Below are positions 58,878-64,000 of a DNA stretch of 64,000 bases, one piece after another. The DNA lies in the IMG/VR virus record IMGVR_UViG_3300029309_000005, positions 32,628 through 96,627 of that record; one strand, 5' to 3'. The DNA comes from a virus. Positions within the stretch are counted from its first letter, which is position 1. The number at the start of each line of letters is the position of its first letter. Under the pieces are notes generated by a model. The model had not been told where the DNA came from. It saw nothing but the letters and a program-made list of their open reading frames with translations, and did not search any database. The translations under genes were made by a program, and so were the position numbers.

Positions 58878-59897
58878 TCACCCTGTTTTTGGTCTTAACT
58901 CATGTGGCATCATATGACGCTCATATTTAGGACAGTAGCCCTTTATTGCACACCAAGGTTCACAAAAGTATCTTTCTGAGCCAGAGGGCTTTACTGCAAA
59001 CATCTTGCCGTCATTATCGCCTTTGTATCTCAAATGTGCAGACACTAATGCTTTCAAGTCTGTCAGCATATCCAATAAGACTTTGCTCTTTACAGGCTCA
59101 ACAAAGCGGTATAACTCACTTGGGTTATGTTCATGTCCTCTTGTGTGATCCCAACCCCAATAAGAAGCCTTTACACCTCCAAAATCGGGCTGTGTGGATT
59201 TACTGAGCATATATACATAGAATGCCATCTCCTTTGCCATGCTCTGATATTTGGTTTTCTTATCTTTCCATAGACCAGTTTTCAATTCATGAACATGATA
59301 ATCACCATTATCGTCTAAAAATAGTCTATCAATAAAACCATTCAGATGAACCTGAACTTTAGTGCCATTGATGTCTAATTCAACTAAGGCATCGACTCCT
59401 AATTCATTACCAACTGGTTTGAAAGCGTTTGGATTAGACACCATGAAACGCTTTGCTTCTCCTACCATTAACTTTGATAGATGAGCAGGTTCGCCTAATG
59501 TATAGTCATTACCAGTGGGTTTAGCATACTCGTCATCCCAACCCTTCTTTATCTGCTTCTCTGGAATAAGCGTATGAAAATAATCTTTTACTGCATCATA
59601 ACCTCTTTCCTCCTTCAAAGATGTAGCATGTTCAATGTCAAGACTATGCCCCATGATAAACTCATATGCGTCATGCACATTTGTTCCTCGAATCATGTTG
59701 TCATTCTCTGGCTCTTTCACTCCTAAAACATACTTGGCGAAGTATTGTTGTTCACATGTTTGGAATGCGCCCAACGATGATTTACTTACTCTTAGAACCT
59801 TATCATCTGCCATGCCTGGATGCCACGCATAGGTTGAAAATAGCGTTCCGCTTACGGGAACTGGTCTTGGCTTTGGTGGCCTAATCTTCATAATCAA
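58878..59897 (-). CDS. PD-(D/E)xK exonuclease (Cas4/RecB-like)
   Basis: SKSSL...CEQQY, GTNVH, GFIDRL, HELKTG, C-terminal CEPWC..C. Confidence 0.85.
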   Translation of the reverse strand: MIMKIRPPKPRPVPVSGTLFSTYAWHPGMADDKVLRVSKSSLGAFQTCEQQYFAKYVLGVKEPENDNMIRGTNVHDAYEFIMGHSLDIEHATSLKEERGYDAVKDYFHTLIPEKQIKKGWDDEYAKPTGNDYTLGEPAHLSKLMVGEAKRFMVSNPNAFKPVGNELGVDALVELDINGTKVQVHLNGFIDRLFLDDNGDYHVHELKTGLWKDKKTKYQSMAKEMAFYVYMLSKSTQPDFGGVKASYWGWDHTRGHEHNPSELYRFVEPVKSKVLLDMLTDLKALVSAHLRYKGDNDGKMFAVKPSGSERYFCEPWCAIKGYCPKYERHMMPHELRPKTG

Positions 59898-60184
59898 ACA
59901 TCCATGTAAGTTTCTATTCTAATCGTATATTTCAAACCTATTGTGTCAAGAAGTTCTTGTATCTTAATTACCGCTTCATCTTTAGTCAAAGAATTAGGAT
60001 GCTGTAAAGACCAATCTAAATACCAATCGAACAGGCCATGAGAATCAATTCCAGTATCAAAACTTATTCCATAGTCGTCACGCAATTTGCCAACTGCTGC
60101 GAAAACAGGCTCTGCTTCTTCTGAATGAATACTTATTACATTGCCCACTCGGATCTTGACCGGCTTCGGCAGGTCGTCAGTCAT
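59894..60184 (-). CDS. Hypothetical protein
   Basis: AGGTGA SD; coupled to the nuclease gene. Confidence 0.6.
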   Translation of the reverse strand: MTDDLPKPVKIRVGNVISIHSEEAEPVFAAVGKLRDDYGISFDTGIDSHGLFDWYLDWSLQHPNSLTKDEAVIKIQELLDTIGLKYTIRIETYMDV

Positions 60185-60196
60185 CTACTTTCACCT

Positions 60197-61432
60197 TTAT
60201 TCCTCTGTTTCAAGAGTGTGAATATCGCTAGAATGCTCAAAAGACCCGTCTTTCAAGCCCTCATAGCCAAACCATTGACCGTCTGTGCCTTCCTGCTGCT
60301 TGAACAGGATTACAGGCTCAGGTAGGCGCAGGGATGTGCGATTAAACTTCATTCTAGCCCTTGAGATAACTTCGCCAGTCAAAGAGCCTAACTCATCACG
60401 TTCTTCTTCTAATGTGACTTCGATTAGTTGTTCTAGGTCACGCTCAGTGTCTTTCAACCATGCTGGCACATCAGCACCCATGATTTCATTGCCGTTAGAA
60501 TCGTATGATGGCTTTACACCAGTGATAACATAGACATGAACATTCAATCGTGCCAACTCTTGAAACGCATTCATAGCAGCCTGGTATCTGTTCTTTCTAA
60601 ACTCCCAATTGAATCTGCCAACCTTAGTGGCCGTCTTTCTGCCAGATACATCAACAGCATCATCTCCAAGGTCTAAGTCCTCTATCTTCATTGCAGTTCC
60701 ACAAACATGAAGCCAGTGATCCATGCCATCGAAAACAAAGGTCTTGAGATATGGATTTGGCATTCTGCCATGTAGTTTGAAGTATTCATCCTGTGATTCA
60801 GCAATTTCAAGAGCATACAGTAAGTCATCCATAGCCTTGTTGAAAGTTTCTGGATAGTTGAAAGGAACACGACTCTTGGACTTTCTATTCAAAACCCAAG
60901 GATTCAACACTACGATGTTTTCTTGCTTATCTCTATGATGTGCAGATGTAGTTGAATCGCCTCCACCATCAAAGTCCGAAATAAATATCATTGCACCATT
61001 AGCAATTTCTTCATCAGTCAGAGAATCTGTTAGCATACCAGTTTTACCGGCCTTTCTGCCACCTACAACTCCGCACAGAACCTTGCGTGTATCTCGAACA
61101 TGTGTGGATCGAGATGCTGCAACTCTTTTCCATGCAGGATTGGCTGATTGAGGCAGCGACCATTCTCCGCTTGGTGCTGCTGCTACAATAGCATCTTCTT
61201 CAATTTCCAATGGCGGTGCTTCATCAACCAAAGCCTCAATCGGTATTTCCTCAAGAGTTGAAATCGAAACCGATACACCCTTCTTAGGCGGTGAATACAC
61301 TGGTGCTTCACCAACGCTAGAAGTTGAAGGCAAATCCTTTGGGTCTTGATTTACCGGCTTCTCTTGTCTTTCTGATACATCCTTGTTAGTATCAACTGCT
61401 TTCCAATTATCTAAAAATCCTGTTCCTGTCAT
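60197..61432 (-). CDS. RecA-superfamily (RadA/Sak4-like) ATPase
   Basis: GGRKAGKT, DFDGG, FVFDGMD. Confidence 0.75.
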   Translation of the reverse strand: MTGTGFLDNWKAVDTNKDVSERQEKPVNQDPKDLPSTSSVGEAPVYSPPKKGVSVSISTLEEIPIEALVDEAPPLEIEEDAIVAAAPSGEWSLPQSANPAWKRVAASRSTHVRDTRKVLCGVVGGRKAGKTGMLTDSLTDEEIANGAMIFISDFDGGGDSTTSAHHRDKQENIVVLNPWVLNRKSKSRVPFNYPETFNKAMDDLLYALEIAESQDEYFKLHGRMPNPYLKTFVFDGMDHWLHVCGTAMKIEDLDLGDDAVDVSGRKTATKVGRFNWEFRKNRYQAAMNAFQELARLNVHVYVITGVKPSYDSNGNEIMGADVPAWLKDTERDLEQLIEVTLEEERDELGSLTGEVISRARMKFNRTSLRLPEPVILFKQQEGTDGQWFGYEGLKDGSFEHSSDIHTLETEE

Positions 61433-61448
61433 CTAGGCTCACTCCTTA

Positions 61449-62756
61449 TCAAAATCCATCCGTATGTGAAATATCATTAGCATCTGCTGGTGCTTCTCTC
61501 GCAACAATAGACCTAAGTGGCATGGCATACAAACTCTTTGCATCTAGGTTCATATTAAGGCTGCCGTCAGTTCCGGCCCATGTCCTTGAACGCACAATAA
61601 CCCAAACCCTACTGCCACTAGCGTAATCTCTCCAGCCATCAGCCTTCTTGACTTTGAACGCATGTTGCTCATCAACTAGGTAGCGTGATACATCAACCCA
61701 CAGACTAGCACCCGCATCCTCTCTCCTTAGACTGTTAGATGTCAATGTGATAGCATGTTTGAATCCGCCTTCAGTGTATAGGTTTTCTTTACCTGCATGA
61801 TCGATATAATCAACAGTGCCACTGATTGCGAATAGTGGGCCGAAGTCTTTACCAGATGATAGAATAATTCGCTTCTCCATGTGGTAATCGAATACATCTG
61901 CCAAATCAACTGTTGGCATGAAACTAGCAATGAATTGATCCGGTGCAAACAACTGTGTAACCTTTGGCAACAACTCATCATCAACCCAGTCTAATCCATA
62001 GTCCGGCTCAATGTCTAATGCTACCAACTGTTGCTTATCCGGTTCATCAGAACCAGCAGGTTTCCAGGCAGTTTCCATCTCTGCCTTGAAAGTGATTGGC
62101 CTTAGCATCTGCAATTCAACATTAGCAGCACCAAATGAACATTCTAAGGTCATAGGAGGCAAAGCACCTTCGCTTAGGAACTTCTCTTGCGTGTTTCCGA
62201 TGAATAGCCACTTACGCTTTACCATGAATGCTCTCTTAGGAGTTTTACCATCATCTTTCAGCAAACAGATTTTACCGCCAGCACTACCGTATTCTAAGAC
62301 CCAAAGTGGTGTTTCATCTTTAACATCTTCACGATAAACAATAGTATCATCTGCACTGTGGACTATCCATTCTGTGTCACTCTTAGTAACTCTGCCAAGT
62401 GCAACGGTCTTTTCTCCTTGCTTGATGCCATATCTAAGTGCTTGACCTAGATTGATTTCAGCAGAGTCTATCGCTGTGTCACGCTGACGCTGCATCATAT
62501 CTCGCTTGCCATCATATGCTACAATCATGCCGACCCAAGTTTCACCCTTGCCGCCAGTGCCTTTTCTTCTAACAGTATTTACTTCAAAGGCTGATGAAAA
62601 GAAGTCATAGTCCTCTGCCTCAATGTGGCTCAGATTACCTCCAGCCTGAGTCCAGATTTCAGGGTAATTCTCTTTGATAAACTCTGAGAATTCCTTTATT
62701 GTTTCTTCATCACTCCATCCTTTTTGTTCTCCAATTCGCTTTAATGCTTCATTCAT
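61449..62756 (-). CDS. Probable ssDNA-binding protein (RPA/OB-fold-like)
   Basis: Adjacent to the recombinase and exonuclease; beta-rich C-terminal domain; acidic-aromatic tail (DISHTDGF). Confidence 0.5.
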   Translation of the reverse strand: MNEALKRIGEQKGWSDEETIKEFSEFIKENYPEIWTQAGGNLSHIEAEDYDFFSSAFEVNTVRRKGTGGKGETWVGMIVAYDGKRDMMQRQRDTAIDSAEINLGQALRYGIKQGEKTVALGRVTKSDTEWIVHSADDTIVYREDVKDETPLWVLEYGSAGGKICLLKDDGKTPKRAFMVKRKWLFIGNTQEKFLSEGALPPMTLECSFGAANVELQMLRPITFKAEMETAWKPAGSDEPDKQQLVALDIEPDYGLDWVDDELLPKVTQLFAPDQFIASFMPTVDLADVFDYHMEKRIILSSGKDFGPLFAISGTVDYIDHAGKENLYTEGGFKHAITLTSNSLRREDAGASLWVDVSRYLVDEQHAFKVKKADGWRDYASGSRVWVIVRSRTWAGTDGSLNMNLDAKSLYAMPLRSIVAREAPADANDISHTDGF

Positions 62757-62797
62757 AGGGTTATTCCTCCGCAGGGATTAGACCGAAGGGTTGAGGG

Positions 62798-62804
62798 TTT
62801 ATAA
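62798..62804 (-). promoter_or_regulatory. TATA box (TTATAAA) upstream of the SSB/recombination operon
   Basis: Starts about 48 nt upstream of ATG 62756, with a GGAGG SD in between. Confidence 0.5.
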
Positions 62805-63287
62805 TGACTCACTACATTCTTCTATCTGAGTCAAAGCCGCAACAACCTCATCATAATCAAGAGGCTGCGGTAACAGTCCATTAAGACTCGCCACTAATTT
62901 TAACTGATTTGACATAGAACTAAGATTGAAAAATTTTGAGAAAGCATGACATAATTTGGTTATATCCTCAGTGGTGACAAATATGTTTTTCCAGGCTAAA
63001 CCAATCGCCTCTAATGTTCTTTCAATTTCATCTGTTTTTTTGGAGAACCAAATTATGGGTCTGATTTCATACCCGCATTTGAACTTAGTAGATAATCTAC
63101 ACCTAATGTCTCCACGGATTAAAAGAGCAGACATCATAGTGTCAGTCAAAGCGTTTTTTGAATCAACCATATCAAGGGGTAAAATAGAAGCAGCAGAATC
63201 AGAAGTATCAGACATGTTGTTGAAATCGTGAACATTACTAAAGTCATCCTTAACCATCCATTCACCCCGTCTTTTTTTACAGCCCAT
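62799..63287 (-). CDS. Degenerate LAGLIDADG-like protein (likely start 63257)
   Basis: Helix MMSALL, then beta hairpin ...KCGYEIRPIIWF and helix IERTLEAIGL. Confidence 0.4.
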   Translation of the reverse strand: MGCKKRRGEWMVKDDFSNVHDFNNMSDTSDSAASILPLDMVDSKNALTDTMMSALLIRGDIRCRLSTKFKCGYEIRPIIWFSKKTDEIERTLEAIGLAWKNIFVTTEDITKLCHAFSKFFNLSSMSNQLKLVASLNGLLPQPLDYDEVVAALTQIEECSESL

Positions 63288-63308
63288 CCAGTCATATTAA
63301 CCCATAAA

Positions 63309-63998
63309 TCAGTCATTATCTCCATATTCTTCATCCCATCGTTTTGTTAAGGCTTCGATTTCATCAATGCTAACACAATCATTCAATCCCGCACGACTCG
63401 CTACACTAACAATCATCCCTTGAATGTAAGCCCCGTAATCTCCCCAACCAGAGGATATTACCTTAACATTAACAAACACAGGGCTATTCATTGAGACTTC
63501 TTCTCCTTCACGAATCTTATGTGGATTTGTAAATCTAGTCAAAGATAATGTAGGATCAATATCAACTAATCCTACTGAATAATGTGAGTCGCCATCTCGA
63601 ACAGCGACTCTCCATTTTGACAATGCTGGTTTCGATTGAGGATTTTCTTTTACATACAGTCCACCTACAACCATGAAAACAGATTTCTGAACCTGTTGAG
63701 TATTCATTAATACAGTTTCGTATATTGAACTCTCATAGGTAAGTATTCCATTTGCGTTCCACAGAACAGTCGGTTGTTTAGTGCCAACATGTTCAAGATA
63801 ATATGCAGCATCACTAATTTCAATCATGGGTTTCAAAGCCCATGTTGGGCAACCGATCTCATCACGCCTCTTTTCAAATGGCATTGTTTCAACTGATGGC
63901 GTTAGTAAATCGACAAACATCATCTCAATATCCCTTCCATTGGCATATTCAACAAGATATATTCCTTCTTTCAGATTCACCGACTCAAGCATTTTCAA
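63309..63998 (-). CDS. C-terminal part of an ATP-dependent DNA ligase-like protein (5' end outside window)
   Basis: FVDLL...MPFEKRR; OB-fold-like VFMVVGG...VAVRDGD...VGLV...PVFVNVK. Confidence 0.55.
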   Translation of the reverse strand: MKMLESVNLKEGIYLVEYANGRDIEMMFVDLLTPSVETMPFEKRRDEIGCPTWALKPMIEISDAAYYLEHVGTKQPTVLWNANGILTYESSIYETVLMNTQQVQKSVFMVVGGLYVKENPQSKPALSKWRVAVRDGDSHYSVGLVDIDPTLSLTRFTNPHKIREGEEVSMNSPVFVNVKVISSGWGDYGAYIQGMIVSVASRAGLNDCVSIDEIEALTKRWDEEYGDND

Positions 63999-64000
63999 TG

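Larger units (their letters stand above)
1..64000. mobile_element. Tailed archaeal virus genome segment (Caudoviricetes, probably Magrovirus-like, siphovirus-type)
   Basis: TerL, portal, prohead protease, MCP, tail tube and tape measure on +; archaeal-type primase, ERCC4, MCM-like and RecA-like genes on -; GGTGA/GGAGG SD motifs; no cellular housekeeping genes. Confidence 0.9.

Noticed and set aside
58878-59897. Cas4-like nuclease as part of a CRISPR-Cas system
   Set aside because: No cas1/cas2 or array; the context (RecA-like ATPase, SSB) indicates a viral recombination exonuclease
1-64000. tRNA/rRNA genes, integrase/att sites, alternative genetic code
   Set aside because: Intergenic gaps are too short for RNA genes, no integrase is present, and ORFs tile densely under the standard code

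Overview
This window is most of the genome of a tailed dsDNA virus of archaea (Caudoviricetes, HK97-type head). The gene set and style best fit the 'Magroviruses' of Marine Group II Euryarchaeota (Poseidoniales); this is an inference from gene content, GGTGA/GGAGG ribosome-binding sites and TATA-like boxes, not from a database search. The + strand (1-52250) carries, in order: a small membrane/GTPase module; a probable small terminase; large low-complexity head-associated proteins; TerL; portal; a prohead protease-scaffold fusion; the major capsid protein; head-tail genes; a tail tube with no sheath gene; chaperones with a -1 slippery site; a tape measure protein; giant LamG-bearing tail-tip proteins; and a cluster of accessory genes. 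The - strand (52241-64000) carries accessory genes and an archaeal-type replication/recombination module: MCM-like ATPase, ERCC4 nuclease, PriS-PriL primase, PD-(D/E)xK nuclease, RecA-family ATPase, SSB-like protein and a ligase-like protein. The most striking signal is a ~10-residue peptide, F-[DEQT]-x-[AS]-W-x-x-[LMVT]-K, fused to about ten otherwise unrelated proteins. It ends in the same hydrophobic-x-K motif that punctuates the capsid protein, protease/scaffold and other head proteins. I interpret it as a modular capsid-targeting leader plus maturation-protease site, i.e. a cargo-loading system. A second highlight is a virus-encoded Arf/Arl-like small GTPase in a membrane-protein operon. 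No rRNA, tRNA or CRISPR array was seen.
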